64,000 nucleotides of DNA from Xenophilus azovorans DSM 13620 (GCF_000745855.1 NZ_JQKD01000034.1:1-64000); one strand, 5' to 3'; positions 21,002-33,276 are shown, counted from the first letter of the stretch. Numbers and translations: made by a program. The notes: generated by a model from the sequence alone, not told the origin.

Positions 21002-21418
21002 TCAGCGCAGGTAGTCGGCCAGCGCATCGAGGGCGTCGAGGGCGTTGTCGCTGAGCACGGCGACTTCGTGGGCCACGTCCTCGGCGCGCGCGCTGCGGGC
21101 CAGGGCGCCCGTGAGCACGTAGCGTTGGCCCACGCGGCCGAAGGACGACAGCGGCACCGACGGGTTCAGGTCCAGCAGGGCCTCGTGCAGCTCGGCGCGG
21201 CGGTCCGCGCGCACGTCCTCGTCGGTCCAGAGGTAGCACAGGCAGATCAACTGCGTGTCCGAGCAGGTCACGAAGATCGGCAGCTCGTCGCGCCCCTCGA
21301 TGCAGACCTGGATCACCGGCACCTCGCCGGCGATGGGCTGCAACTGCACACCGACGCCGCCCATCACGGCCGACGTCAGCGTGTCCAGGTTGCTGAGCTG
21401 ATGGAGCAGAACGGTCAT
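21002..21418 (-). CDS. YjfI-like DUF2170 family protein
   Basis: 138 aa, acidic, directly upstream of the PspA-family gene (yjfI-yjfJ-like pairing). AGGAGG RBS 6 nt before the ATG. Confidence 0.55.
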   Translation of the reverse strand: MTVLLHQLSNLDTLTSAVMGGVGVQLQPIAGEVPVIQVCIEGRDELPIFVTCSDTQLICLCYLWTDEDVRADRRAELHEALLDLNPSVPLSSFGRVGQRYVLTGALARSARAEDVAHEVAVLSDNALDALDALADYLR

Positions 21419-21495
21419 GGTGCCCTCCTAATCGTGATGGCCGTGGATCGGATGCCTCGCCGGAGCCCGACGGTGAATGCAGTATGCGGTCGCGC

Positions 21496-21534
21496 GACAT
21501 ATCATGTCAACGGATTTTTGACATGAAATGTCAA
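21496..21534. promoter_or_regulatory. Array of four alternating TGTCA/TGACA half-sites (GACAT-atc-ATGTCAA-N7-TTGACAT-gaa-ATGTCAA) in the divergent promoter region
   Basis: Read directly from the sequence. A perfect inverted repeat ATGTCAA-N7-TTGACAT plus two flanking half-sites, 80-115 bp upstream of the yjfI-like start and about 65 bp upstream of the ahcY leader. Confidence 0.45.
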
Positions 21535-21584
21535 GGATCCTCCGCCGGACGGCCCCGTGCGGCGGCGGTGCGCGGCGCCCTTTC

Positions 21585-21590
21585 TATAAT
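21585..21590 (+). promoter_or_regulatory. Candidate -10 hexamer TATAAT for the SAH riboswitch/ahcY transcript
   Basis: Perfect TATAAT about 8-12 nt upstream of the riboswitch 5' end. No good -35 seen. Confidence 0.35.
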
Positions 21591-21596
21591 TCGCCC

Positions 21597-21685
21597 ACTT
21601 CCGAGGAGCGTTGCAGCGTCCCCCGCCCGGAGCGGAGCGGTCGCGAGGCTCGGACCGATTCTTTGCAACGACGCTCGCCCACGGC
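21597..21685 (+). ncRNA. SAH riboswitch (S-adenosylhomocysteine-sensing leader of ahcY)
   Basis: CCGAGGAGCGTTGCAGCG...GGCTCGG...TTGCAACGACGCTCGCC matches the conserved SAH-element core (GAGGAGCG/CGCUC pairing, UGCAACG repeat). Lies immediately 5' of ahcY. Confidence 0.7.
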
Positions 21686-21743
21686 TCTGTGCGGTGAGTT
21701 TCCCCAGAACGTGGTCGTCTTCAACCTGCCGTATGGAGTATTG

Positions 21744-23201
<1,458 letters not shown>

Positions 23202-23214
23202 GCGAGGGGCTGCG

Positions 23215-23970
23215 ATGCGCGCCGACCAGTTGCTGGTGGAGCGCGGCCAGGCCGCCTCGCGTGCGCAGGCGCAGCGGCTGATCGCGGCCGGCGTGCAGTG
23301 GCGGCTGGCGGGCGGCGCGTGGAGGCGCGTCGCCAAGAACGGCGAGGAGCTGCCGCCCGCGGCAGAGCTGCAGCCGGAGGACGACGCCGAGACGCGCTAT
23401 GTCTCGCGTGGCGGCCTGAAGCTGGAGGCCGCGCTGCGCCTGGCTGGCGTGGATGCCGCCGGCCTGGTCTGCCTCGACGTGGGCCAGTCCACCGGCGGCT
23501 TCACCGATTGCCTGCTGCGCCACGGCGCGGCGCGCGTGGTCGGCGTGGATGTGGGGCATGGCCAGTTGCACGAACGGCTGCGTGCCGACCCGCGCGTGAC
23601 GGCGCTGGAGGGCGTGAACGCCCGTGCATTGACCGCCGCCGGCCTGGGCGGCGCGCTGCCGCCGGGCGGCTTCGGCCTCGTGGTCGGCGACCTGTCCTTC
23701 ATCTCGCTGGCGCTGGTGCTGCCGGCGCTGGCGCCGCTGCTGGCCGCCGGCGGCTGCATGCTGCTGCTGGCCAAGCCGCAGTTCGAGCTGCAGCCGGGCC
23801 GCATCGGCAAGGGTGGCATCGTGCGCGACGCGGCCGCTTACGACGAAGTACGCGACAAGCTGCGCGGTGCCGCCGACGCGCTGGGCCTGGCCTGGGCCGG
23901 CTGGCACGACAGCCCGATCCTGGGCGGCGACGGCAACCGCGAGTTCCTGATGGTGTTGAGGAAAACATGA
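23215..23970 (+). CDS. tlyA: TlyA family rRNA (cytidine-2'-O)-methyltransferase
   Basis: 251 aa. S4-like N-terminus ([25 protein letters not shown]) then FtsJ-type methyltransferase ([19 protein letters not shown]). Confidence 0.8.
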   Translation: MRADQLLVERGQAASRAQAQRLIAAGVQWRLAGGAWRRVAKNGEELPPAAELQPEDDAETRYVSRGGLKLEAALRLAGVDAAGLVCLDVGQSTGGFTDCLLRHGAARVVGVDVGHGQLHERLRADPRVTALEGVNARALTAAGLGGALPPGGFGLVVGDLSFISLALVLPALAPLLAAGGCMLLLAKPQFELQPGRIGKGGIVRDAAAYDEVRDKLRGAADALGLAWAGWHDSPILGGDGNREFLMVLRKT

Positions 23971-24812
23971 CGACCGCCTCCCCGCTCTCCCTGAGCTTCG
24001 AGTTCTTTCCGCCCAAGACGCCCGAGGGCGTGGTCAAGCTGCGTGCGGTGCGCCAGCAGCTCTACGCGATGAAGCCGCAGTTCTGCTCCGTCACCTACGG
24101 CGCCGGCGGCTCCACCCAGGCCGGCACCTTCGGCGCGGTGCGCGAGATCCTGCAGGAGGGCGTCGATGCCGCGAGCCACTTCTCCTGCATCGGCGCCACG
24201 CGCGAGACGGTGCGCACGCAACTGGCCGAACTGAAGGCGATGGGCGTGAAGCGCCTGGTGGCGCTGCGCGGCGACCTGCCCAGCGGCTACGGCATCGGCG
24301 GCGAGTTCCAGTACGCCAGCGACCTGGTGGGCTTCATCCGCGAGGAGACCGGACGCGACTTCCACATCGAGGTGGCCTGCTACCCCGAGGTGCACCCGCA
24401 GGCGCGCAGCCCCGAGGCCGACCTGCGGGCCTTCGCCGCCAAGGTGCAGGCCGGGGCCGACTCGGCCATCACCCAGTACTTCTTCAGCCCCGAGGCGTAC
24501 TTCCGCTTCGTCGAGGACGCGCGGGCGCTCGGCCTGGACGTGCCCGTGGTGCCGGGCATCATGCCCATCACCAGCTCCACGCAGCTGATGCGCTTTTCCG
24601 ACGCCTGCGGCGCCGAGATCCCGCGCTGGATCCGCCTGCGCCTGCAGGCCTACGGCGACGACGTCGCCTCGATCCGCGCCTTCGGGCTGGACGTGGTGGC
24701 GCAACTGTGCGAGCGGCTGCGCGCGGGCGGCGCGCCGGCGATCCACTTCTACACGATGAACCAGTCGCAGGCCACGCTCGGCGTGCTGCAGCGGCTGGGC
24801 TGGGGGGCATGA
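23967..24812 (+). CDS. metF: 5,10-methylenetetrahydrofolate reductase
   Basis: Start ATG overlaps the tlyA stop. [18 protein letters not shown]...[11 protein letters not shown] is the MetF signature. Confidence 0.9.
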   Translation: MTTASPLSLSFEFFPPKTPEGVVKLRAVRQQLYAMKPQFCSVTYGAGGSTQAGTFGAVREILQEGVDAASHFSCIGATRETVRTQLAELKAMGVKRLVALRGDLPSGYGIGGEFQYASDLVGFIREETGRDFHIEVACYPEVHPQARSPEADLRAFAAKVQAGADSAITQYFFSPEAYFRFVEDARALGLDVPVVPGIMPITSSTQLMRFSDACGAEIPRWIRLRLQAYGDDVASIRAFGLDVVAQLCERLRAGGAPAIHFYTMNQSQATLGVLQRLGWGA

Positions 24813-25516
24813 GGAGGGCATCGGCGGCCATCCGTCGGGCGCGCTGGCTGGGCGCGGCCTGGCTGCTCGGCCTGCTGGGCGGCTGCACCACGCCGCCCGC
24901 CGAGCCGCCGGCCGCGGCGGGTGCTTCCGCGGAGCCGCTGAAGCCGCTGGCCCGCCAGGCCGGCACGCCGCTGGAGGCGCCGCGCTCCCGCGTGCCCTCC
25001 GTGCGCTACGACCTCGCGATCGGCCGCGCCGAAGACGAGTTGCCGCCCGACGACGGCGCGCCCGGCGACCAGCCGCCCGGCGAGGTGTACGAGCGCGGCG
25101 GCGCCTCCTGGTACGGCATCCAGTTCCACCAGCGCAGGACGGCCAGCGGCGAGCGCTTCGACATGGGCGCGTTCACTGCCGCGCACAAGAAGCTGCCTTT
25201 CGGCACCCGCGTGTGCGTGCGCAGCCTGGTCAACGGCAAGGAAGTGCTGGTGCGCGTCAACGACCGCGGCCCCTACGCCGCCGGCCGGGTCATCGACCTG
25301 AGCCGGGCCGCCGCCGAGCAGCTCGACATGATCGGCCTGGGTATCAAGCAGGTGACGCTGACGCTGATCGGCGCCGAGGGCGGGCGTTGCAATGGCGCGG
25401 CGGTGGACGTGGCCGAGAACGGCGCCTCTTCGGGCGTCGATGCGGATCCGGCGCCCCCCGCGCCATCCGCGCGCAAGGCCGCCCCGGCTCCCCGGCCGGC
25501 CCGCCGGCGCCGGTAG
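24809..25516 (+). CDS. rlpA: Septal ring lytic transglycosylase RlpA family lipoprotein
   Basis: Lipobox [12 protein letters not shown] domain ([22 protein letters not shown]...[15 protein letters not shown]). ATGA overlap with metF. Confidence 0.8.
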   Translation: MRRASAAIRRARWLGAAWLLGLLGGCTTPPAEPPAAAGASAEPLKPLARQAGTPLEAPRSRVPSVRYDLAIGRAEDELPPDDGAPGDQPPGEVYERGGASWYGIQFHQRRTASGERFDMGAFTAAHKKLPFGTRVCVRSLVNGKEVLVRVNDRGPYAAGRVIDLSRAAAEQLDMIGLGIKQVTLTLIGAEGGRCNGAAVDVAENGASSGVDADPAPPAPSARKAAPAPRPARRRR

Positions 25517-25522
25517 TCCGCG

Positions 25523-26389
25523 TCAGTACATCTGCGGCGCAGGGTCGCGCGAAGGCCGGCGCCAGATCTCCTGCGTCAGGTGGTTGATCTTGCCGCCCAG
25601 TCTCGCAGCCTGCGCCATCTGCAGCATCGCGGGGCTGTGCAGGAGGTTCAGCAGGGCCCGGTCGACCTGCTCGCCGAAGGCCCGGTCGCCCTTGCGCAGC
25701 ATGAGCGCATAGGGCTCCACCGTCTCCAGCGTGCCGCGGCGCGCGATATCCGGGTCGAGCGGCACCAGCACGCTGTCTGCGAACAGCGTGTCGATCCGCT
25801 TTTTCTTCAGCATCTCCACGCCGGCGTCATAGCCGGGCACCGGCACCACGGCCTCGACCCGGGCCGCACCGCCCTGTGCCGCCCGCTTTTTCATGATGCC
25901 CTCGGCGGTCGAGCCGGCGACGACGCCCACCCGCCCGAACTCCATCGGATGCGCGTAGCGAACCTCGTCCTTCCGGTAGGACACCACGATGCCCGAGACG
26001 AAGAAGGTGTGGCTGAAGTCGACCTTCTGCGCGCGCTCGGCGGTGTGCGTCGTGCTGCCGCACTGCAGGTCGATGCGGCCGTCCGCGAGCATCTCGAAGG
26101 AGCCGGGCAGCGAGACCGGCGTGGTGCGGATCTCGATCGGCCGCCTGAGCTGGGCCTCCAGCTCGCGCACCAGCGCGCGGCACACGTCCCACGCGAATCC
26201 GGCCGGCCTGCCGGCGGTGTCGTGATACGCGAAGGGCGGCGCGTTGTCGCGCACGCCGATGCGGATGACGCCCTCCGCCTGGATCCGCGTCAGCGTGTCG
26301 ACCCGTTTTCTTTCCTGCGGCTGTGCCGGAGCTGCCGCCGTGATGCACACGGCCAGCGCCAGCCAGCGTGCGAATGCCCGCTTGTCCAC
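25523..26389 (-). CDS. Amino-acid ABC transporter substrate-binding protein (family 3)
   Basis: Signal peptide then SBP_bac_3-like sequence (IRIGVRDNAPPFAY..). GTG start at 26389 is inferred, so the start is uncertain. Confidence 0.65.
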   Translation of the reverse strand: MDKRAFARWLALAVCITAAAPAQPQERKRVDTLTRIQAEGVIRIGVRDNAPPFAYHDTAGRPAGFAWDVCRALVRELEAQLRRPIEIRTTPVSLPGSFEMLADGRIDLQCGSTTHTAERAQKVDFSHTFFVSGIVVSYRKDEVRYAHPMEFGRVGVVAGSTAEGIMKKRAAQGGAARVEAVVPVPGYDAGVEMLKKKRIDTLFADSVLVPLDPDIARRGTLETVEPYALMLRKGDRAFGEQVDRALLNLLHSPAMLQMAQAARLGGKINHLTQEIWRRPSRDPAPQMY

Positions 26390-26576
26390 GTATCTCTCCC
26401 TCGATTGCCCGATGTGTGACGGGCCCGAATGTAGGACGGGAGAGCCGCGGTGAAAATAGACCGGAAGTCGGTTTTTTACAACCTGCAGGATGAAGCGGCG
26501 GACGGCGTGAACAACTGCACGCATGGCCGTCGGCCCGCCGTTGGCGGCATGTGCCGCCCGCGCTGTGCCGTGCAGC

Positions 26577-27470
26577 CTAGGCTGATGCGCCGTCCAGCGT
26601 GAAGTCGGCGTGCCGGTCCTGCGCCAGCTGCGGCGCCAGCCAGGCCAGGGCGGGTCGCAACTGCTCCGCCAGCGTGTAGGGTGGGTTCAGCACGAACATG
26701 CCGCTGGCCGGCAGGCCGGGGCGGCGCGCCTGTCCGTCGGGCGTGGCCACGACCTTGCTCGACTTCACCGTCAGCGTGGCGTGCAGCCACGGCTTGCCGG
26801 CGCGGGTGGCCAGGGTGCGCAGGCGGCGCGGCAGGTCGTGCGCCTCCGGCCGGGGAATGATCGGATGCCAGACCACGTAGACGCCGGTGGCGAAGCGCTT
26901 GAGCGCCTCGCCCACGAAGGCGGCGGTGCGGGCGTAGTCGGTCTTGATCTCGTAGCTGGGGTCCACCAGCACCATCGCCCGGCGCGAGGGCGGCGGCAGG
27001 AACTTCGTCGCCGTGCCGAAGCCGTCCTCGCGCAGCACCGCCACCTGGCGGCCCGCCTCCAGCTGGGCGACATTGGCGGCCAGCGTGCGCGCGTCGGTAG
27101 GGTGCAGTTCGCACAGCTTGAGCCGGTCCTGCGGGCGCAGCAGGCGTTGCACGATGAAGGGTGAGCCGGGGTAGACACGGTTGCCGCCGCCGGGGTTGAA
27201 GCCGCGCACCACCTCGAGGTAGCGGGCCAGGGCCGGCGGCGGGGCCGGCTCCGGCGTGCCGGCGAGCAGCCGCAGCACGCCATCGGCCGCCTCGCCGCTG
27301 GTGCCCGCGTAGTCGCCGTCCAGGCGGTACAGGCCGGCGCCGGCATGGGTGTCCACCACGGTCAGCGGCGTGTCCTTGTGCAGCAGGTGCTCCAGCACGG
27401 CGATCAGCACCGTGTGTTTGAGCACGTCGGCATGGTTGCCGGCATGGAAGGCGTGGCGGTAGCTGAACAT
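26577..27470 (-). CDS. rlmJ: 23S rRNA (adenine2030-N6)-methyltransferase
   Basis: Trimmed to MFSYRHAFHAGNHADVLKH (RlmJ N-terminus). VDPSYE motif. Confidence 0.8.
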   Translation of the reverse strand: MFSYRHAFHAGNHADVLKHTVLIAVLEHLLHKDTPLTVVDTHAGAGLYRLDGDYAGTSGEAADGVLRLLAGTPEPAPPPALARYLEVVRGFNPGGGNRVYPGSPFIVQRLLRPQDRLKLCELHPTDARTLAANVAQLEAGRQVAVLREDGFGTATKFLPPPSRRAMVLVDPSYEIKTDYARTAAFVGEALKRFATGVYVVWHPIIPRPEAHDLPRRLRTLATRAGKPWLHATLTVKSSKVVATPDGQARRPGLPASGMFVLNPPYTLAEQLRPALAWLAPQLAQDRHADFTLDGASA

Positions 27471-27733
27471 GGGAGGTGGGACGGATGAAGGGGATGATGC
27501 CGCCAGAGCGGCGAACCCGCGATTGTCGGTGCTCGGCGGCAGCCCCTGGGCAATTGGCCCCAGCCGCGCTACAATGGCGGGCTTTGCAGCGATTTCGGGC
27601 CCCGCGGCAAAGTCATTCTCCCACCTAAGAGCTTCCCGCCGCACGCCGTGTCCTACGTGACATTTGGGGTGCACCATGAGGAGGCCGACCGTGGAAAAGG
27701 GCCCGCCAAACCGCTTCCCTACAAGGAAATCTC

Positions 27734-28162
27734 ATGTCTACGTTCAGCGCCAAGCCCGCTGACGTGAAGCACGAGTGGTTTGTGATTGACGCAACCGACA
27801 AGGTTCTCGGACGGGTCGCCAGCGAAGTGGCCCTCCGACTGCGCGGCAAGCACAAGGCCATCTACACGCCTCACGTCGACACGGGCGACTTCATCGTCAT
27901 CGTCAACGCTTCCAAGCTTAAGGTCACGGGCGCCAAGTCCACCGACAAGGTGTACTACCGTCACTCGGGCTATCCCGGCGGCATCACCGCCACCAACTTC
28001 CGCGACATGCAGGCCAAGCACCCCGGCCGCGCGCTCGAGAAGGCCGTCAAGGGCATGCTGCCCAAGGGCCCGCTCGGCTACGCCATGATCAAGAAGCTGA
28101 AGGTCTACGGCGGCGCGGAGCATCCGCACACCGCGCAGCAGCCCAAGGCGCTGGAAATCTGA
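27734..28162 (+). CDS. rplM: 50S ribosomal protein L13
   Basis: 142 aa. [23 protein letters not shown] is the L13 signature. Confidence 0.95.
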   Translation: MSTFSAKPADVKHEWFVIDATDKVLGRVASEVALRLRGKHKAIYTPHVDTGDFIVIVNASKLKVTGAKSTDKVYYRHSGYPGGITATNFRDMQAKHPGRALEKAVKGMLPKGPLGYAMIKKLKVYGGAEHPHTAQQPKALEI

Positions 28163-28173
28163 GGAGTCTTGAG

Positions 28174-28566
28174 ATGATTGGTGATTGGAACAATGGCACC
28201 GGCCGTCGCAAGTCCAGCGTCGCCCGCGTGTTTCTCAAGAAGGGCACCGGCAAGATCACGGTCAACGGCAAGCCGATCGAACAGTTCTTCGGCCGCCAGA
28301 CCTCGATCATGATCGCCAAGCAGCCGCTGGTGCTGACCGAGAACGTCGAGGCCTTCGACATCCAGGTCAACGTCCACGGCGGCGGCGAATCGGGCCAGGC
28401 CGGCGCCACGCGTCACGGCATCACCCGCGCGCTGATCGACTACGACGCGAACCTCAAGCCGCTGCTGAGCCAGGCCGGCTTCGTGACCCGCGACGCCCGC
28501 GAGGTCGAGCGCAAGAAGGTCGGCCTGCACTCCGCACGCCGTCGCAAGCAGTTCAGCAAGCGCTGA
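28174..28566 (+). CDS. rpsI: 30S ribosomal protein S9
   Basis: 130 aa ending [14 protein letters not shown], the S9 C-terminus. Confidence 0.95.
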   Translation: MIGDWNNGTGRRKSSVARVFLKKGTGKITVNGKPIEQFFGRQTSIMIAKQPLVLTENVEAFDIQVNVHGGGESGQAGATRHGITRALIDYDANLKPLLSQAGFVTRDAREVERKKVGLHSARRRKQFSKR

Positions 28567-28591
28567 TCCCCTGCTTGGCTGCTGCCACCGG

Positions 28592-28620
28592 AAAAACCGC
28601 CCTCGAGGCGGTTTTTCTTT
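28592..28620 (+). terminator. Rho-independent terminator of rplM-rpsI
   Basis: AAAAACCGCCCTCGAGGCGGTTTTTCTTT: GC stem-loop plus T-run 25 nt after the rpsI stop. Confidence 0.7.
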
Positions 28621-28690
28621 GGCTGGGGTAGCATCCCCTCATCGGCTGCCCTCCGCCCCTGGAAGGCCGCCCCCACGGAGAACCGATTCC

Positions 28691-29062
28691 ATGAGCGCTG
28701 TTGCCGAAACCATCGCCACGCCGGCCGCGATGCCGGACCCGATCGTCTTCACCGACGCCGCCGCGGCCAAGGTGGCCGACCTGATCGCCGAAGAGGGCAA
28801 TCCCGACCTGAAGCTGCGCGTGTTCGTGCAGGGCGGCGGCTGCTCGGGCTTCCAGTACGGCTTCACCTTCGACGAGATCACCAACGACGACGACACGACC
28901 ATGACCAAGAACGGCGTGTCGCTGCTGATCGACGCCATGAGCTATCAGTACCTGGTCGGCGCCGAGATCGACTACAAGGAAGACCTGCAGGGCGCGCAGT
29001 TCGTGATCAAGAACCCCAACGCCAGCAGCACCTGCGGCTGCGGCTCCAGCTTCTCGGCGTGA
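28691..29062 (+). CDS. erpA: Iron-sulfur cluster insertion protein ErpA (IscA/HesB family)
   Basis: Trimmed to MSAVAET.. (123 aa). C-terminal CGCGSSF motif. Confidence 0.85.
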   Translation: MSAVAETIATPAAMPDPIVFTDAAAAKVADLIAEEGNPDLKLRVFVQGGGCSGFQYGFTFDEITNDDDTTMTKNGVSLLIDAMSYQYLVGAEIDYKEDLQGAQFVIKNPNASSTCGCGSSFSA

Positions 29063-29132
29063 GCCTGACCATCCTGTGCACCGCGAGCCGCCTTCGGGCG
29101 GCTTTTTCATTGCCGTCTGCATCCTTCCTGCG

Positions 29133-30578
29133 ATGAGCGATTCCCTCGTCCCGCCCCTGGCCTCCACCGCCGGCAGCCGCCGCCTGCTGCTGTGGCTGGT
29201 CGCCATCGGCTTCTTCATGCAGACGCTGGACGCGACCATCATCAACACGGCGCTGCCGGCGATGGCCGCCAGCCTGGGCGAGAGCCCGCTGCGCATGCAG
29301 TCGGTGGTGGTGGCGTACTCGCTGACGATGGCCATGCTGATCCCCGCCTCGGGCTGGCTGGCCGACCGCTTCGGCACCCGGCGGGTGTTCATGCTGGCGA
29401 TCGTGCTGTTCTCGCTCGGTTCGCTGGCCTGCGCCGCCTCGCGGGGCTTGAGCGAGCTAGTGGCCTCGCGCGTGCTGCAGGGGCTGGGCGGGGCGCTGTT
29501 GCTGCCGGTGGGGCGGCTGGCGGTGCTGCGCACCTTCCCGCGCGGGGAATTCCTGCAGGCCATGGCCTTCGTCGCCATCCCCGGCCTCATCGGCCCGCTG
29601 CTGGGCCCCACGCTGGGCGGCTGGCTGGTGCAGGTGGCCTCCTGGCACTGGATCTTCCTGATCAACCTGCCGGTGGGCCTGATCGGCCTGCTGGCGACCT
29701 GGCGCTTCATGCCGGATGCGCGCAACGCCGACACGCCGCGCTTCGACCTGGCCGGCTACGCGCTGCTGGCCTTCGGCATGGTGTCGATCTCGCTGGCCAT
29801 CGAGGGCGGCACCGAGATGGGCCTGGGCCGCGGCAACACCGCCGTGCTGGCGGTGTTCGGCTTCGTGGCGCTGGTGGTGTACTGGCTGCATGCGGCGCGC
29901 CATCCGCGGCCGCTGTTCTCGCCGGAGTTGTTCCACGTGCGCACACTGTCGGTGGGGCTGATGGGCAACCTGTTCTGCCGGCTGGGCAGCGGGGCGATGC
30001 CTTTCCTGATCCCGATCTCGCTGCAGGTGGCGCTGGGCTATTCGCCCTTCAACGCCGGCCTGATGATGCTGCCCACCGCGCTGGCCGGCATGGCGATGAA
30101 GCGGGTGGCCACGCCGCTGATCCTGCGCCTGGGCTACCGCACGGTGCTGGTGGCCAACACCGCGATCATCGGCGTGCTGATGGCCAGCTTCGCCCTCGCC
30201 ACGCCGGCCACGCCCTGGGCGCTGCACGTCGCGCTGCTCGCGACCTTCGGCGCCTTCAACTCGCTGCAGTTCACGGCCATGAACACCATCACCCTCAAGG
30301 ACCTGGACGGCGCCAGCGCCAGCAGCGGCAACGGCCTGCTGTCGATGGTGCAGATGCTGGCGATGAGCCTGGGGGTGGCGATCGCCGGCGCCGTGCTCTC
30401 CGGCTTCAGCCGCGCCTTCGGCGCCGGCGTGGAGCCCGGCGCGGCGCTGCACGCCTTCCAGGCCACCTTCGTGACGGTGGGGCTGATCACGCTGGCCTCG
30501 GCGGCGGTGTTCTGGCAACTGCCAGCCGAGGCGCGGGCGCCGCAGCCGGAGGGCCCGGAAGTGTCAGGCCACGGCTGA
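29133..30578 (+). CDS. MFS transporter, DHA2 (EmrB/QacA-like, 14-TMS) family
   Basis: Trimmed to [11 protein letters not shown] motifs ([12 protein letters not shown]), about 481 aa, many TM segments. Confidence 0.8.
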   Translation: MSDSLVPPLASTAGSRRLLLWLVAIGFFMQTLDATIINTALPAMAASLGESPLRMQSVVVAYSLTMAMLIPASGWLADRFGTRRVFMLAIVLFSLGSLACAASRGLSELVASRVLQGLGGALLLPVGRLAVLRTFPRGEFLQAMAFVAIPGLIGPLLGPTLGGWLVQVASWHWIFLINLPVGLIGLLATWRFMPDARNADTPRFDLAGYALLAFGMVSISLAIEGGTEMGLGRGNTAVLAVFGFVALVVYWLHAARHPRPLFSPELFHVRTLSVGLMGNLFCRLGSGAMPFLIPISLQVALGYSPFNAGLMMLPTALAGMAMKRVATPLILRLGYRTVLVANTAIIGVLMASFALATPATPWALHVALLATFGAFNSLQFTAMNTITLKDLDGASASSGNGLLSMVQMLAMSLGVAIAGAVLSGFSRAFGAGVEPGAALHAFQATFVTVGLITLASAAVFWQLPAEARAPQPEGPEVSGHG

Positions 30579-30582
30579 GGCT

Positions 30583-31698
30583 TCAGGTCGGGTACAGAGC
30601 ACCCAGGACGCGCGGCCCGGCGGCGCCGGTCACGCTGGGCAGGTTGCCCGGCGCGCGCGCGAGCATGCGCCAGGCCAGCCAGGCGAAGGCGGCTGCCTCC
30701 ACCTGCTGCGGCGGCAGGCCGTGCGCGGCGGAGGACTCGACGGCCACGCCCGGCAGCAGGGTGGCCAGCCGCCGCATCAGGTGCGCGTTGAAGGCGCCGC
30801 CGCCGCAGACGATCAGGCGCGGCAGCCCGGCACCGTGGCGCTGCAGATGCTCGGCGCAGGTGCGCGCCGTCAGTTCCGCCAGGGTGGCCTGGACGTCCTG
30901 CGGATCGGCCGAGGCCGCATCGCCGAGGCGGGCCGCAAGCCAGTCGGGGTGGAACAGGTCGCGACCGGTGCTCTTGGGCACGGGGCGGGCGAAGTAGGGC
31001 TCGACCAGCAGCCGCGCCAGCAGGTCCGGCAGTACCTGGCCGCCGGCGGCCCAGTCGCCGTTCGCGTCGTAGGGTGCGCCGCGGTGGCGCTGGCACCAGT
31101 GGTCCAGCAGGGCGTTGGCCGGCCCGCAGTCGAAACCCAGCACCGCGCCGTCGCCGGGCGGCAGCAGGCTCAGGTTGGCGATGCCGCCCAGGTTGAGCAC
31201 CGCCACGCCCTCATCACCGGGCGCGAACAGCGCGGCATGAAAGGCCGGCACCAGCGGCGCGCCCTGGCCGCCGGCGGCCACGTCGCGACTGCGCAGGTCG
31301 GCCACCACGTCGATGCCGGTCAGCTCGGCCAGCAGCGCCGGGTTGTTGAGCTGTACGGTGTAGCCGGTGCCGTCGAACTCGCCGGGGCGGTGGCGCACCG
31401 TCTGGCCGTGCGCGCCGATGGCGCGCACGGCCGCGGGAGGCAGGCCGGTGTCGACGAGCAGGGCCGCGACGGTGTCCGCGTAGACGCGCACCAGGGCGTT
31501 CGCGGCCAGCGCCGCGCGGTGCAGTTCGTCCCGCCCGCCGGGGGTGTTGAGGGCCAGCAGTTCTTCGCGCAGCGGCGCGGGGAAGGGGCGCGCCGCGTGG
31601 GCGCGCACGGCGATGCGGCCGGCGTCCAATTCGGCCAGCACGCCGTCGACGCCGTCGAGCGAGGTGCCCGACATCAGGCCGATGAAGCGCTCGGTCAT
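30583..31698 (-). CDS. anmK: Anhydro-N-acetylmuramic acid kinase
   Basis: 371 aa. N-terminus [25 protein letters not shown] is the AnmK signature. Confidence 0.85.
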   Translation of the reverse strand: MTERFIGLMSGTSLDGVDGVLAELDAGRIAVRAHAARPFPAPLREELLALNTPGGRDELHRAALAANALVRVYADTVAALLVDTGLPPAAVRAIGAHGQTVRHRPGEFDGTGYTVQLNNPALLAELTGIDVVADLRSRDVAAGGQGAPLVPAFHAALFAPGDEGVAVLNLGGIANLSLLPPGDGAVLGFDCGPANALLDHWCQRHRGAPYDANGDWAAGGQVLPDLLARLLVEPYFARPVPKSTGRDLFHPDWLAARLGDAASADPQDVQATLAELTARTCAEHLQRHGAGLPRLIVCGGGAFNAHLMRRLATLLPGVAVESSAAHGLPPQQVEAAAFAWLAWRMLARAPGNLPSVTGAAGPRVLGALYPT

Positions 31699-31758
31699 GC
31701 GGAAAAGAAAAGGGCGCCCGTGCGGCGCCCTGTTTTCAGGATGGGTGTCACGCGAGGG

Positions 31759-33120
31759 TCAATCCGCGCTGGCCTGGACCACGGAGAAGGCTGCGGCCAG
31801 TTCGGTGCGGGAGGCGCTCGCCAGCTTGTCGAAGGCCGGCCGCAGCGCGGCGGTGAGCGCGGTGCTGCCCTCGCTCTGCTGGGCGATGGTGCTCGGGTCG
31901 TGGTACTCGCCGTTGATGCGGAACTCGAAGTGCAGGTGCGGCCCGGTGGCCCAGCCGGTCGAGCCGACGGCGCCGATGGTCTGGCCCTGCTCGACCTGCT
32001 CGCCTTCCTTGACGTTGATGCGAGAGAGGTGCGCGTAGGCCGTCTGCTGGCCGTTGCGGTGGCCGATGATGACGATGTTGCCGTAGCCGTTCTGCTGGCC
32101 GGCGAAGTCCACCTTGCCGTCGCCTACGGTGCGCACCGGCGTGCCGGTGGGCGCGGCGAAGTCGATGCCGTTGTGCTGGCGCCAGCTGTTCAGGATGGGG
32201 TGCATCCGCATCGCGAAGCCGCTGGACACGCGGGTGAACTCCACCGGCGAACTCAGGTAGGCCTTGCGCAGGCTGTCGCCGTTGGGTCGGTAGTAGCCGC
32301 CCTTGCCGCCGGGCGGCTGGAACCACAGCGCCTGCCATGTCTTGCCGGCGCTTTGCATCTCGGCGGCCAGCACGCGGCCGGTGCGCAGGACCTGGCCGTC
32401 GGCGTCGAAGGTCTCGTACACCACCGCAAAGCGGTCGCCCTTGCGCAGCTGGCGGAAGTCCACGTCGCCCGAGAAGATGTCGGCCAGCTGGCTGGCGATG
32501 CTGTCGGGCACGCGCGCGGCGTCGGTGGCGGCGAACAGCGAGCTCTTCACCACGCCGCTGGCCAGGCGCGAGCCGGGCGTCAGCGCCTCGGCCTCCATGC
32601 GGGCGACGAAGCCGCCCGGCATGCGCTCGACCACGAAGCGGCGGAAGCTGCCGTCGACGTCGGGGATCCAGCGCGCCGACAGCCTGATCAGGCGGTCGTC
32701 CTGGCCGAGTTCGGCCGACACCGTGCGGCCGACGCGGTTGAACAGCGCCGCGCGCGCCTGCGCGTTGCCGCGCACGAAGGCGGCGGCATCGCCGTCGGCC
32801 ACGCCCAGGCGGCCCAGCAGCGCCTCGGCGGTGTCGCCGGCGCGCGTCTGCTCGCTGCGGAAGAGGGTGAAGCGGTGGCCGTCGAGTTCGGCGCCCTGGC
32901 TGTCGATCGGCAGGGGCGTGACGGCCTCGAACACCTGCCGCACCGGCAGGTCGGAGGCATCCGGGCCCAGGTTGGCCACGGCGAAGGCACCGCCGCCGGC
33001 GCACAGCAGCAGCGTTGCGATGGCCGCGGTGATCTGGCGCGGGTAGGTCTTGACGGTATGCGCGACGCGGGAGGCAACAGCCTCCTCCGCGGCAAGAATG
33101 CCGTTGATCAGTTTGGACAA
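31759..33120 (-). CDS. M23 family murein DD-endopeptidase
   Basis: C-terminal LytM domain ([56 protein letters not shown]). N-terminal signal anchor. Confidence 0.8.
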   Translation of the reverse strand: MSKLINGILAAEEAVASRVAHTVKTYPRQITAAIATLLLCAGGGAFAVANLGPDASDLPVRQVFEAVTPLPIDSQGAELDGHRFTLFRSEQTRAGDTAEALLGRLGVADGDAAAFVRGNAQARAALFNRVGRTVSAELGQDDRLIRLSARWIPDVDGSFRRFVVERMPGGFVARMEAEALTPGSRLASGVVKSSLFAATDAARVPDSIASQLADIFSGDVDFRQLRKGDRFAVVYETFDADGQVLRTGRVLAAEMQSAGKTWQALWFQPPGGKGGYYRPNGDSLRKAYLSSPVEFTRVSSGFAMRMHPILNSWRQHNGIDFAAPTGTPVRTVGDGKVDFAGQQNGYGNIVIIGHRNGQQTAYAHLSRINVKEGEQVEQGQTIGAVGSTGWATGPHLHFEFRINGEYHDPSTIAQQSEGSTALTAALRPAFDKLASASRTELAAAFSVVQASAD

Positions 33121-33276
33121 AACGAGAAACCCAGCTTGGAGTCAGCGACCGCCGGCTGCCGCATGTCGCGGGCCGCGCCCGGCGGGGCGAGGAAGCGGCG
33201 CGCTCTCTACAATGCACCGCTTTGGCAAAACGGGCGGAGTATAGCGCCGGCCGTTGCTTTCTCCACAAAAATTCGA

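Noticed and set aside
19797-21500. 567-aa minus-strand ORF running through the pspA/yjfI region
   Set aside because: Only its last 124 codons (the tandem-RHH ORF) lie in an intergenic gap. The remainder overlaps PspA and YjfI in another frame and is Arg/Gly/Pro-rich.
26390-26576. Weak hairpin (GACCGgaagtCGGTTTTTTAC) between the binding-protein gene and rlmJ as a bidirectional terminator
   Set aside because: The stem is only 4-5 bp. It is too weak to call confidently.
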